Positions 37,245 to 50,069 of a DNA stretch of 64,000 nt are shown here, piece by piece (the first letter of the stretch is position 1; each line of letters starts with the position of its first letter). The notes beneath the pieces were generated by a model. That model made no database searches, was not told where the DNA came from, and saw only the letters and a program-made list of their open reading frames with translations. The stretch spans positions 4,133,698 through 4,197,697 of the forward strand of contig NC_052161.1 in NCBI RefSeq assembly GCF_902713615.1, written 5' to 3'. A program made the translations under genes and the position numbers. The DNA is from Scyliorhinus canicula (lineage: Eukaryota).

Positions 37245-37479
37245 GTAAGATTAGCCCAGATGATAAGAATGCTAATGCTCCCTTGTGGCACCCTGTCAGT
37301 GCCTTTGCTGAGAGTGCTGACCCACCCATTGGTGCATCACCCCAAACAACACTCTGTTGGTGCCAGCTGTGACCACTACAATAAATATGCCACTGTCTGT
37401 AAGGTGTTTTACAAAACCCTCAGGTGGTGAAAGGTTCTGTACAAACGCAAGATCTTTCTCTCCATACAAGAACCTGAAA

Positions 37480-37665
37480 TGAAAATGAATGAAAATCGCT
37501 TATTGTCACGAGTAGGCTTCAAAGAGGTTACTGTGAAAAGCCCCTAGTCGCCACATTCCGGCACCTGTCCGGGGAGGCTGGTACGGGAATCGATCCGTGC
37601 TGCTGCCCTGCCATGGTCTGCTTTAAAAGCCAGCGATTTAGCCCAGTGAGCTCAGCAAGCGCTGC
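37480..37665 (-). mobile_element. tRNA-derived SINE with a different head and GCCTACTCGTGACAATAAGCG(ATTTTC)n tail
   Basis: Reverse complement of the family at 53838-54025. Confidence 0.8.
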
Positions 37666-38089
37666 CGAGCTTTTGGAAAGAATTCCCCCTATTTAGTTTC
37701 CATTAGCAACAGTTCAGCTGTCCAGGGACAGGCAACTGGCCGAATGACACAGATCCCACTTGTTCTTCAGAACAGACAACTTCTCTTTTAGGTCTGGAAG
37801 GGGTCAATGACACAGAAAACAATGTCGTTACTACATAGAATGTACAGCACAGAACAGACCATACAGCCCACAGTTCTGTGCCAGTGTTTATACTCCACAC
37901 AAACATTCCCCACTTCACTTTATTTCACCATATCAGTATAACATTTTTATTTCCCTCATGTTTATCTAGCAGTCCTTAAATACATCCATTCAGTCACCTC
38001 AACTGCTCACTATGTTTGTGAATTCCACGTCCTTGCACTTCACTGGGTAAGGAAAAGTTTCTCTTGAAATCCCTATTCGATTTATTATT

Positions 38090-38323
38090 CTTTTCTCTTT
38101 TAAAAATAAATTTAGAGTGCCCAATTATTTTTTTCCAATTAAACGGCAATTTAGCGTTGCCAATCCACCTACCGGGCACATCTTTGTGTTGTGGGGGCAA
38201 AACCCACGCAAACATGGGGAGAATGTGCAAACTCCACACGGACAGTGACCCAGAGTCAGGATCGAACCTGGGACCTTGGCGCCGTGAGGCAACAGTGTTA
38301 ACCACTGCGCCACCGTGCTGCCC
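38090..38323 (-). mobile_element. Short V-SINE with 16-bp TSD
   Basis: TATTCGATTTATTATT at 38074-38089 and 38324-38339. Confidence 0.92.
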
Positions 38324-38839
38324 TATTCGATTTATTATTGACGGTCATATTTATGGCCCCTATATTTGGACTTACTCACAAGTGGAACCATTTTCTTTAT
38401 GTCTATCTTCTTAATCCTCTTTATAGGTCGCCCTGTCAATCTCTTATACAGAAAAGATCCCAGTCTTTCTTGATGATTGTATCTTCTGTCCGCTACAAAC
38501 ATCAAAAAGCCTTGGGTATTGATAAAACATATCTATTGTATCAGCACACATTTCCCATATACCTCACAGCTCTTCATACACAATATAGCTACTGTTAATG
38601 AGATCACTCACCTCAGCCGATCTAGGCACCATGTAAAATGAGAGATTGAGAAAAGTTGCAGGAGTTTCCTGTGTCCCAGCAGAGGGCAGCAAACATGGAA
38701 GGTGCATCAGAAGAACCAATGTTTCCTCTTGCTGGATAGGAGTCTGCTGCCCCTCTGTATAGAGCAGTGTCCTCTTATGTAAATAACAGCCAAGTACTGG
38801 TGGTGGAACTAACCAATGCTCTGTTTCCTTCTCTTCCAG

Positions 38840-38974
38840 GTTTTTTTCCTCTCCTCTCCCAGCAGTAGCCCAGTGTACTGTCTCCGATTCACTACCTCAC
38901 ACCTGTACACTGCCTTGGCCCACGCACTTTACATGTTGGATTTTAAAATCTCTGACCCACAGCACGGGAAATAA
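38840..38974 (+). CDS. FBXW4: FBXW4 last coding exon
   Basis: cttccag|GTT..AAA TAA, 135 nt. VFFLSSPSSSPVYCLRFTTSHLYTALAHALYMLDFKISDPQHGK* vs human ..SSPVYCLRLTTKHLYAALSYNLHVLDF (recalled). AATAAA at 38970 and 39349. Confidence 0.95.
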   Translation, partial: VFFLSSPSSSPVYCLRFTTSHLYTALAHALYMLDFKISDPQHGK

Positions 38975-39816
38975 ACGGGTGAGGATTGTTATAAAGTGGG
39001 GATTCCAATGCTGCACATCAGAAGCCAGCTATTGTCAAACGATATTTTGAGATGGGGACAACTCCTTCACACTTCCAACGCTGGAATCCCTTTAAGGATC
39101 ACATTATAGGTTCAGAATCCTTTATTTACATTAAATTTTATATGACTTGTCTAATTGTTTGTAATTCCTCTTAACTGATTCCTGCTCCTAACCTCACCGA
39201 AACAAGCTCCGGGCTGGAGCAATGTTCTGATGTTTGGAAGCAAATGTTTCTTAAAAAGAGCTTTGCATTATTCCAGGATGCTGTCCTGTCTCTCAAAATA
39301 TTCCACAGTGCTTCACGTGGAGTCAGTTATTACGTAGGCAAATACAGCAATAAATTTGTGAACACTATCCCTCACACAGTCAGTAAAAAATAACCAGTAA
39401 TACCTGTTTCTAGCAGTGGTGATTCAGGGAGAAACATTGAACCATAAATGCCAAGAGAACATCTTGCAGTTTGAAACTGGCCATGTTGTGTTCTGAGGTC
39501 TTTATGTCACCATGTCGTTCAAAGTTCTGACAATGTAGCATTCCCTCAGCATTGCTCTGAAGTTTCAGCTGAAACGGACACATTAATAAATGTAGAATCA
39601 TAGAAACCCTACACTGCAAAAAGGAGGCTATTCAGCCCATCGAGTCTACACCGACCCTCTGAAAGAGTACCCTAAACTAGGACCCCCCCCAAACCCCACC
39701 TTTGACACTGAGGGGCAATTTAGCATGGCCAATCCACCTAACCTGCACCTCTTTTTTTTTGACTGTGGGAAGAAACCCACTCAGACACGGGGAGAACATG
39801 CAAACTCCACATAGAG

Positions 39817-40189
39817 CAGGGGTGGGCAAACTACGGCCCGCGGGCCGCATGCGGCCCGCCAAAGGTATTTCTGCGGCCCACCAAGTCATTAAAAAAAAAA
39901 AAAAAAATTTTTTTTAAATTTTTTTCTTTTTAAGGTTAATGGGGAGGGGGGGCTGTTGGGTTACTTACTGGTATAGGGTGGATACGTTGACTTGAGTAGG
40001 GTGATCATTGCTCGGCACAATGTCGAGGGCCGAAGGGCCTGTTCTGTGCTGTACTGTTCTATGTTCTATATGAGGCGCCCAGAATCATAACCAGGTGAAG
40101 TAATTATTTTACTTAATATACTATGCGGCCCTTTGTGAATTGTGAATTTCTGAATATGGCCCTTGCACGGAAAAGTTTGCCCACCCCTG
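39817..40189 (+). mobile_element. hAT (Buster/Charlie-like) MITE with an internal SINE/CR1 3' tail
   Basis: TIR CAGGGGTGGGCAAACT; 8-bp TSD ACATAGAG (39809-39816, 40190-40197); inserted in a minus-strand HE1 SINE (~39575-40230). Confidence 0.93.
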
Positions 40190-40299
40190 ACATAGAGAGT
40201 CACCCGAGGCCGGAATTGAACCCGGATTTTCTTGAGTTGATGATGAGGAAAAAGAATCTGCCAGCGTTTCTGCCTTTCCTCGTTATCTATTTGCTCAAT

Positions 40300-41185
40300 C
40301 ATGGCTGATATTTTCTCATCCCCATTCTCCTGCCTACTCCCGATACCCCGATCCCCTTATTAATCAAGAACCTTTCTATCTCAGTCTTAAAGACACTCAG
40401 TGAATTGGCCTCCACAGCCTTCTGCGGCAAAGAGTTCCACAGATTCACCACCCTCTGGCTGAAGAAATTCCTCCTCATCTCGGTTTTAAAGGGTCGTCCC
40501 TTTAATCTGAGATGGTGTCCTCTGGTTCTAGTTTTTCCTACAAGTGGGACCATCCTCTCCACGTCCACTCTATCCAGGCCTCGCAGTATCTTGTACATTT
40601 CAATAAGATCCCTTCTCATCCTTCTAAACTCCAACGAGTACAGACCCAGAGTCCTCAAATGTTCCTCATATGACAGTTCTTCATTCCAGGGATCATTCTT
40701 GTGAACCTCCTCTGGACCCTTTCCAAGGCCAGTACATCCTTAGATATGGGGTCCAAAACTGCTCACAATATTCCAAATGGGGTCTGACCAGAGCCTTGTA
40801 CAGCCCCAGAAGTACATCCCTGGTCTTGTATTCTAGCCCTCTTGACATGAATGCTAACATTGCATTTACCTTCTTAACTGCCGACTGAACCTGCACATTA
40901 ACCTTAGGAGAATTGTGAAAAGGGACTTTCAAGTCAACTTTGTGCTTCTGCTTTCTGAAGCATTTCCCCACTTAGAAAATAGTCTATGCCTAGAGTCCCC
41001 CTTCCAAAGTGCATAACCTCACACTTTTCCATATTTATTTCATTTGCCACTTCATTGCCCACTCTCCTAGCTTGTCCAAGTCCTTCTTTAGCCCCCTTGC
41101 TTCCTCAATACTACCTGTCCCTCTACAGATCTTTGTATCATTTGCAAACTTAGCAACAGTGCCTTCAGTACCTTCTTCCAGATCA
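40300..41185 (-). mobile_element. CR1 3' fragment
   Basis: LVRPHLEYCEQFW, RRMRRDLIEMY, FFSQRVVNLWNSLP. Confidence 0.9.
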
Positions 41186-42298
41186 TGACAGTGAAGAATA
41201 CTAACTATAAACATTTATTTCAGATCCATGCAGGCAGCAGAGTGGGAATCAATGAAACCTTGAATCAAATCCAGGGACCCAGGGTGAAAAGTTACCTTCA
41301 ACTTAAAAACACAGAACAATACTTTGAGAAACAGCAGGATGAGGGCACAGGATCTGGATCGTGAAAAACAAACTGAGGTCCCAGATGTCATTGTTAATCA
41401 ACAGCTGGAATTAGTTAGCAAGAAGGGAGATTTGTGGGTCAGCCATTGAACAGCTGGGTGCTGTGTTGGAAAGACACGAGAGTTGGTTTTCTGGAACAAT
41501 GCGATACGTTAAGTGAATAAAACCTGATGAAAGTGCACTACATAACAAAATGAGCAAAAATGTAATTTTAAATAAGTTTTTAATACCGTGAGGTTATTTT
41601 TAAAGAAATGCATGTGCCACTATAGATCCTCCATCGTGTTGTCAATGGGAGTTGAGGCAGAGATAAATTAAACCCATTCAAACTGATTACATATCCTACA
41701 ACCAGAAGGAGCACCTGTAACATACCAAAATATGGGAAATTGAGACAAATATTCAGTCATTAAAAACCTAAACATACAGACAGAAAGTACAGACTGTGAC
41801 AGAGTGGTACTTAACTGCAGATCATGTATCACAGGATAAACCTGCTAAATGTAAATCTTTAATTTATAGATATGCTGGAGTTGCGAGTGAAAGGAATAAT
41901 GTGACTTGCTGATGATTGGCAGAAGGATTGACGTCTGGTTTTCTCCTCTTCCTGTAGCTGGCCTATCTGGGATACAGGGCATTAACCAAGTCCTATCAGA
42001 GGGTTAGTCTCAGTAACTCTCCGCTGTCTCATTGTCCTGATCCTCAGCAATGGTAACAAATAACTTAGGAAAATCATGATTGATTTCTCGGATGAAGGAG
42101 TTGGGACATTGAATGGAGAATAAGAAGGGGAGATTCAAGGGGAAAGATTTGCTAAATTTGTTCCTCCCCGCCCCCCCCGAAGTGTGTAAAATCAGTAGAT
42201 CCACTGAAACAACGGACGTCTCTGCAATTGTAACTGGCCAAGCAGTCAGAGGTCAAGAAATCACACTTTGGAGTTTTAGTTAAAAAATGAAACTGTAT

Positions 42299-42304
42299 TT
42301 TATT
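42299..42304 (-). promoter_or_regulatory. Probable DPCD polyadenylation signal
   Basis: TTTATT (AATAAA on the minus strand) ~205 nt past the DPCD stop. Confidence 0.55.
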
Positions 42305-42508
42305 GATGTTCTACAATTTATAACATGACTCGGAACTTCCTGCCCCGCCATGTAATGATCTGGGCCACGGCGTTCACGTTTACCAGCACATCTGCTGCTG
42401 CAGTGTTTGGATCCTGCACACAATTAAGACCCCCGCCCCCAAAGTAGGATTGTGCACGGTGGAGTAGATTTAAACAGGCCAGAGTATTTTAAATGCTGAG
42501 TGCTGCGA

Positions 42509-42613
42509 TCACTGTGTTTTACAGTCCACATCTCCATCCTCAGCCACCTTCACCTTCTTCAGCTCCCAAAGCACCTCCTGTTCCAGCTGCAAGATTTCTT
42601 TCGGCTTTTGATA
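42509..42613 (-). CDS. DPCD: DPCD exon 6 (last)
   Basis: ccctcag|TAT..CAG TGA, 105 nt. YQKPKEILQLEQEVLWELKKVKVAEDGDVDCKTQ*; human ends ..DGDCKTQ (recalled). Confidence 0.96.
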   Translation of the reverse strand, partial: YQKPKEILQLEQEVLWELKKVKVAEDGDVDCKTQ

Positions 42614-43126
42614 CTGAGGGGGAAAGAAATCTCAGTTAATGTATTCAAAACATTCTCAAATCTAATACCTCAGCCATGCCATACATACGTCCGAACCCCA
42701 CAATCTCAATCCATGCCAAGGCTATCTCTAACAACTATTTTATAATTCTCACACAACCTTTCTTCTGCATCCACTTTTGGGGGGAAAATGGTTTCAATTA
42801 CAATTCATCAAGAATCCTTCGACAATACCTTCCAAACCTATAACAAGGGCAGCAGATACATGGAAAGAACCACCATCATCCTGACTTTCAACCATAATCA
42901 CTGTTCCTTCCCTGTCGTTGGAACTCCCTAATAGCACTACGGATATACCTGCACCACATGGACTGCAGTGGTTTGAGCTCGAGCTGAGCTCGTCAATGCA
43001 GAAAGTGATGCAACTGCAACCTCGATGGGGCGTTCCCCGCCGAGGCCAAATCAAACGGCAAATTGTCGTTGAGTGCCCAATACCGGACTCTGTTTCCTTC
43101 TGGTTGAATTGCACCCAATGAGTTTA

Positions 43127-43372
<246 letters not shown>

Positions 43373-43469
43373 TCAGCTTCAACCCTGCATCTTACAGTTA
43401 TACAATGCTGTTAACATACAGTTAAGAATAAACAATGTAAATTACAGTCACAGTCAATGAATTACTAAG

Positions 43470-44335
43470 TTTCATCACTGTTGTAAAGTAGGAAATTCAT
43501 CAACCAATTTGCGCACAGCCATCTCCCAAAAATGGTAATGAGCAGATAATCTATTTCAGTGATGTTGATTCAGAGACAAATATTGGCCAGGATATTGGGA
43601 TAATTCCATGACTCTTTGAATAGGGCCCTAGGGCCTTATAAATTCAGCTGAGAGAAGACAAGATTTTGTTTTGACAGCCACTCTGACAGTGCAGCACTCC
43701 CATCAGTAGCACGGTAGTCTTGTGGATAGCACAATTGCTTCACAGCTCCAGAGTCCCAGGTTCGATTCCAGCTTGGGTCACTGTCTGTGTGGAGTCTGCA
43801 CATCCTCCCCGTGTCTGCGTGGGTTTCCTCCGGGTGCTCCGGTTTCCTCTCACAGTCCAAAGATGTGCAGGTTAGGTGGATTGGCCATGATAAATTGCCC
43901 TTAGTGTCCAAAATTGCCCTTAGTGTTGGGTGGGATTACTGGGTTATGGGGATAAGGTGGAGGTGTTGACCTTGGGTAGGGTGCTCTTACCAAGAGCCGG
44001 TGCAGACTCGATGGGCCGAATGGCCTCCTTCTGCACTGTAAATTCTATGATATCAGCACTGCACTGAAGTTTCATACTAACTTGTGCTCACATCTCTGGT
44101 GTGGGGCTTGAACCCACAAATAAATTGTTTCCCAAATACTGCCTTACGGCGCCAAGGACCCGGGTTCGATCCCAGCCCTGGTCACTGTCCGTGTGGAGTT
44201 TGCACATTCTTCCCATGTCTGCGTGGGTCTCACCCCCACAACCCAAAAAGATGTGCACGGTAGGTGGAGTGGCCATACTAAATTGCTCCTTAATTGGAAA
44301 AAAAAAGAATTGGGTACTCTTAACAAAAAAATTTA
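43470..44335. mobile_element. SINE cluster in DPCD intron 4: DeuSINE-type piece (-), HE1 (+, ~43705-44050), short V-SINE (+, ~44145-44335)
   Basis: CTCTGACAGTGCAGCACTCCC Deu-type segment split by the HE1 insertion; A/B boxes present. Confidence 0.8.
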
Positions 44336-44399
44336 AATTGCGTCACAAAAACGCACAAACAAGATTTCCAAAAAGCATTCTGTAAGGTGCCACTTAAAA

Positions 44400-46660
44400 G
44401 ATCACTGCACAAGATTAAGAGCTCATGGTTTTGGAGGTAATATATTAGCATAGATAAAGGGTTGACTACTAATAGGAAGCAGAACATCAAAATAATTTCG
44501 TCATTTTCAGGTTGGTAAACGGTAACTGAAGAGTGCCGTAGGGACCAGTGCTGAGGCCTCAACAATTCATGATCTACACTAATGAATTGGATGAAGGGAC
44601 TGACTGCATTATAGCCAGATTTGCTCATGATACAACAGAGTAAGTTGTGAGAAGGATACAAAGATTCTGCAAAGGGATATAGACAGATTAAGTGAGTTGG
44701 CAAAAATGTGGCAGATGGAGCACAATGTGGGGAAGAGTAAAGTTGCCCACTTTGGCAGGAAAAAATAGAAAAACTATTATTTAAATTGAAGAGATTGTAA
44801 ATCACTGCAGTACAGAGGAATCAGGCTGTCCTTGTACGTAGTCTGAGGTCTGTAGCATACAAAAGGCCCGTCGGCCCATCATATCTGCACCAGTCAAAAA
44901 CAACCGCCTAACGATTCTAATCCCACTTTCCAGCACTCGGCCCATAGCTTTGTATACCTTGCCATCGCAAGTGCACAACTAAACGCTTATTTTAATTTTT
45001 CCAATTAAGAGGCAATTTAGCGTGGCCAATCAACCTACCCTGCACATCTTTGGATTGTGGGGGTGAGACACACACAGACACTGGGAGAATGTGCAAACTC
45101 CACACAGACAGTGACCCTGTGCCGAGATCGAACCTGGGTCCTCAACGCTGTGAGGCAGCGGGGTTAACCACTACTAAATACTTGTTATATGTCTCTACCT
45201 CCACCACCCTTTTAGGCAGTGAGTTCCAAACTCCCACCACCCTCTGGATGAAAAGGTTTTCCTCACATCCCCTCTAAACGTCCTGCCCTTATCTTAAATC
45301 TATGCCCCCTGGTGATTGATCACCCCACCAAGGGGAAAGGTTTCTTCCTGCCCCTCATAATTTTCTACATCTCAAGCATATCCTGCTCAGTCTTCTCTGC
45401 TCCCCGTCTATACAATCTCTCTTCAGAACTAAAACTCTCCAGCCCAGGCAACATCCTGGTAAGTCTCCTCTGCACCCTTTCCAGTGCTCTCATACCCCTC
45501 CTATAATGTGGATTCCAGAAGGGCACACAATACTCTAGCTGTGACCCAACCAACATTTTATACAGTTCCTGCATAACCTTCCTGCTCTTACCTCGAATAA
45601 TAAAGGCAAGTATACAATATGCCTTCCTAACCACTTCATTCACCTGCTCTGCTACCTTAAGGGACGGTTGTACACCAAGATCCCTCTGATCTTCGGTGCT
45701 TCCCAGGATCCTGCCGTTTATCATGTATTCCCCTCCCTTTATTCTGCCCAAGTCTATAACCTCACACTTATCCACATTGAATTCCATTTGCCATTGATCT
45801 GACCAGCCCGTCTATATCTTCCTGTAATCTAAGGCTATCCTCCTCACTATTTACCACCCCACCAATTTTCGTACCATCTGCGAACTTACTATTCAAATTA
45901 CATTCGAATCTAAATCATTTATGGAAACCACAAACATCAAGGGCCCCAACACTGATCCCTGCGGGACACCATGAGACACAGGCTTCCAGTCAGAACCCCC
46001 CCCCCCCCCCCTCGACCATCACCCTCCTCATGAATCACAAAATGTTAGCATGCAGGTACAGCAAGTCATTTGGAAGGTAAATTGGTCTTTATTGCAAGGA
46101 GGATGGAGTATAAAAGTGGGCAGTCTTGTTACAATTGCATAGGGCATTGGTGAGACAACACCTAGATTACAGTGTCGAGTTTTGGTCTCAGGAGTGCATT
46201 GGAAGGAGATCAGAGAAGATTCATTAGGTTTATTCCTGTGATGAAAGGGTTGTCTAATGAGGAAAGGTTGAGCTGGTTGTGCCTATACTCATTTGAAGTT
46301 AGAAGAATGAGAGGTGGTCTTATTGAAACATAAGATTCTGAGCGGACAGTACATGGCAGATGTTGAGAGAGATTTCCCTTCATGGGGGAATCTAGAAGAG
46401 GGGACACAGTTTAAGAATAAGGGGTCTCTCCCATTCAAGAGCGAGAGGAGGAATCATTAAGTCTCTGGAATTCTCTTCCAGAGTGCACTGGGCGCCAGGT
46501 CACTGAATACAATCAAGGCTGAACAAGAGATTTTTGATCGACAATGATTTCAGGGTTATGGGGGACAAGCAGGAAAATGGAGTTAAGGCCTTAATTAGAT
46601 CAACCACAATCTTAGTGAATGGCGAAGCAACTCGATGGATCAAATGGCCTACTCCTCCTT
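44400..46660. mobile_element. Three degenerate CR1 fragments (+ 44400-44830, - 45170-46000, + 46030-46660) and a short SINE (- 44990-45172)
   Basis: CR1 RT C-terminal motifs in ORFs such as 45365-45787 (MEFNVDKCEV, QLEYCVPFW). Confidence 0.8.
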
Positions 46661-46869
46661 ATGACAATACCTTGACCTCGTAAAAAAAATTAAATTCTGA
46701 TAGAGTAAACAGAGGAAGCATTTCTGCTTGTTCAAGGCCACCAATGTAAGATAGCTACCAAGAAATCATCAGGAGAAACCTTTTTATTTAGAGCGGTGAG
46801 AATGTGGAACTTACTACTAAAGGGAACATTTGAGACAAAAAATATAGGGTTGTTCCGATAGAGCTATAT

Positions 46870-47170
46870 GGCCAGCATGGTAGCACAGTGGGTAAGCATG
46901 GTTGTTTCACAGCACCAGGGTCCTGGGTTCAATTCCCACTTGGATCACTGTCTGTGCGTAGTCTGCACATTCTCCCCGTGTCTGCGTGAGTTTCCTCCAG
47001 GTGCTCCGGTTTCCTCCCACATGTTCTGAAAGACATGCTGCTAGGTGAATTGGACATTCTGAATTCTCCCTCAGTGTACACGAACAGGTGCCGGAGTGTG
47101 GTGACTAGGGGATTTTCACAGTAACTTCACTGCAGTGTTAGCCTACTTGTGACAATGATAAAGATTATTA
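46870..47170 (+). mobile_element. V-SINE with GTGACTAGGGGATTTTCACAGTAACTT..CCTACTTGTGACAATG tail
   Basis: HE1-like head and core, different tail; second copy at ~56255-56560 (-). Confidence 0.82.
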
Positions 47171-47548
47171 TGATGAAGAATGAGAAGAAGCTGGAGTGGA
47201 AAAAAATAATATCAGCAACTACTGATTGGGCCAAATTGCCAGTTTCTGTGCCACATATTCCAAATAATTCTATGACTGGGCTCACACATTGAGAAGAGGC
47301 TACTGGATGAGCTACTGGAAAGCAGACTGTGCCCATGGAACCCATACACCAATAGGATCAGCACTGCCCAACAAGGGTTTGATAGAGGGGAGGAACTGCT
47401 GAGGAATCTATCGATAGAAAACAATAAAAAAACTAAATGTTGGGAAATTAAAAATGAGGAAATGTGGAAAAACACAACTGGTTCACATTTCTCAAAGAGG
47501 ACACAGAACCCTAGGACAGATCTGGCCCCAGAACTGAAAAACAAATTA

Positions 47549-47746
<198 letters not shown>

Positions 47747-47905
47747 TCAGGAGTAAACCAGCAGTGCACCAAACTCAGTCATGTAACTATTCAAGTAAAA
47801 TCCAATGAGACGTGTGCACTTTTCCACCAAGGAGGCGCACTCACTTAAGTTAATCCATAAAAATGTAAACACTCGTCTTTAGGTTTCTTGTTTAAATCCA
47901 CTTAC

Positions 47906-48030
47906 ATTGCTGCTACTTTCCTGTATTAGCTGCTGCTCCAGGTTCCCGACCGCTCCAGAAAATGTTTCACCCACCTCAACCTGCCAATGTCCCTGGGATC
48001 CCAGTTGACTTTTCCTCTTCCACTTTCTGA
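47906..48030 (-). CDS. DPCD: DPCD exon 3
   Basis: ttgtag|TC AGA..AGC AAT|gtaagt, 125 nt. RKWKRKSQLGSQGHWQVEVGETFSGAVGNLEQQLIQESSSN. Confidence 0.96.
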
Positions 48031-48469
48031 CTACAAGCACAAAAGAGTATTAATGTGATCATTACATAAATGATAAATTCAATACCCTGAAATATCCTGA
48101 GGAAACCTGCATGCTGTACAAAAAAAACAGGCCTTTGTATTTATGGGCCCCAATTGTAGAAAAGGCACAGACTGCTTCATTATTTATAGATTTCCACCAC
48201 CCCGCACATAGAGATATTGAGAGAAGTTGAATTTGTCGGCTGAAATTAATCTGGATTCGAACTCAAATCAAAATGGAAGGTTCTATCCCAAAGCAGCCAG
48301 AGAACAGCAGCAGTAAATACTGAGACAGTGATAACCTGTGTGCACCAGTCCAGGAACCACAAAGGCACCATAATGAATGCTCCAATTGCTTTTGTGATCA
48401 TTGAGCCACAGACGACAGAAACTCTGACACACTTTGTTGAATTAAAATTGCCAGTAATATGCCTGACAT

Positions 48470-48652
48470 GGAGTGTTTGATGGGGACAGTGTAGAGGGAG
48501 CTTTACTCTGTATCTAATCCTGTGCTGTACCTGCCCTGGGAGTGTTTGATGGGGACAATGTAGAGGGAGCTTTATTCTCGATCTAACCCCGTGCTGTACC
48601 TGTCCTGGGAGTGTTTGATGGGGACAGTGTAGAGGGAGCTTTACTCTGTATC
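48470..48652 (-). repeat. ~2.7 units of the 69-bp minisatellite, reverse orientation
   Basis: GGAGTGTTTGATGGGGACAGTGTAGAGGGAGCTTTACTCTGTATC three times. Confidence 0.92.
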
Positions 48653-48784
48653 AACAACACTTCCTTACCTTTATACTCTATTCCTTTTAGCTATAAATGC
48701 CGGCGGAGGATGCCAAAAAAATTGTAGCAAGTTCATACAAAATTTAATTCTGTTCTATTTTAATGTATTTTCTTACTTTTATAC

Positions 48785-49125
48785 ATAGAATTTACAGTGC
48801 AGAAGGAGGCCATTCGGCCCATCGAGTCTGCACCGGCTCCTGGAAAGAGCACCCTACCCAAGGTTAACACCTCCACCCTATCCCCATAACCCAGTAACCC
48901 CACCCAACACTAAGGGCAATTTTGTACACTAAGGGCAATTTATCATGGCCAATCCACCTAACCGGCACATCTTTTGGACTGTGGGAGGAAACCGGAGCAC
49001 CCGGAGGAAACCCACGCACACACGGGGAGGATGTGCAGACTCCGCACAGACAGTGACCCAAGCCGGAATCGAACCTGGGACCCAGGAGCTGTGAAGCGAT
49101 TGTGCTATCCACAATGCTACCATGC
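48785..49125 (-). mobile_element. HE1-type V-SINE
   Basis: Full head, core and tail in reverse, with an internal CACTAAGGGCAATT duplication. Confidence 0.9.
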
Positions 49126-49231
49126 TGATATTAATTAATTGCTAATTAATATATTTTTCTAAAAAAAAACAAATATAACCCGCAAACTTGTAGGAAACAA
49201 TGAGTCAGAATAAATACAAGAGAGAGAGATA

Positions 49232-50039
49232 GAGAACCTAGTGGAGTGGTGTAACAACAAAAATCTCTCACTCAATGTCAGCAAAACTAAAGAGCTTGTC
49301 ATTGACTTAAAAGCGAAGTATACACACCCCTGTCTGCATCAATGGGACCGAGGTGGAAATGGTTGACAGCTTCAAATTCCTAGGTGTGCATATCACCAAC
49401 CATCTGTGCTGGTCCACCAATGTCAACGCTACGACCAAGAAAGCACAACAGTTCCTATACTTCCTCAAGAAACTAAGGAAATTCAGCATGTCCACATTGA
49501 CTTGTACCAACTTTTACAGATGCACGATAGAAAACACCCTAGCTGGCTGCATCACAGCCTGGTATGGCAACTGTTCAGCCCAAGACTGCAAGAAACTAGA
49601 GAGTCGTGAACACCGTCCAGTCCATTACACGAACCCACCTCCCATCCTTTGACTCTGTCTACACCTCCCGTTGCCTTGGGAAAGCAGACAGCATAATCAA
49701 AGAGCCCCCCCACCTGGGTTATTCACTTTTCCAACTTCTTCCATTGGGCAGGAGATACAAAAGTCTGAGAACACGCACTAACAGATTCATAAACAGCTTC
49801 TTTCCCGCTGTTACCAGACTCCTAAACGACCCTCTTATGGACTGATCTGATTTCTTCACTCAACTTCTCTACTGAGTAGTACTGCACTCAGTATGCTTCA
49901 CCTGATGCCTGTGTATGTATTTACATTGTGTATTTTATGTTTGCGCTATGTATTTTCTTTTTATGCACAGAATGATCTGTCTGAACTATATGTAGAACAA
50001 TATTTTTCACTGTCCCAGTGACAATAATCCAATCCAATT
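49232..50039 (+). mobile_element. Rex1/Babar-like LINE 3' fragment
   Basis: VDSFKFLGVHIT..KKAQQFLYFLKKLRKF..NFYRCTIENTLAGCITAWYGNC; tail GTGACAATAATCCAATCC. Confidence 0.85.
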
Positions 50040-50069
50040 AAGGCCTGCAGCAAACAAAGTAGTCCTTAC

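Noticed and set aside
47821-47838. CTCF-like CCACCAAGGAGGCGC in DPCD intron 3
   Set aside because: Needs an extra base or several mismatches to fit the core motif.
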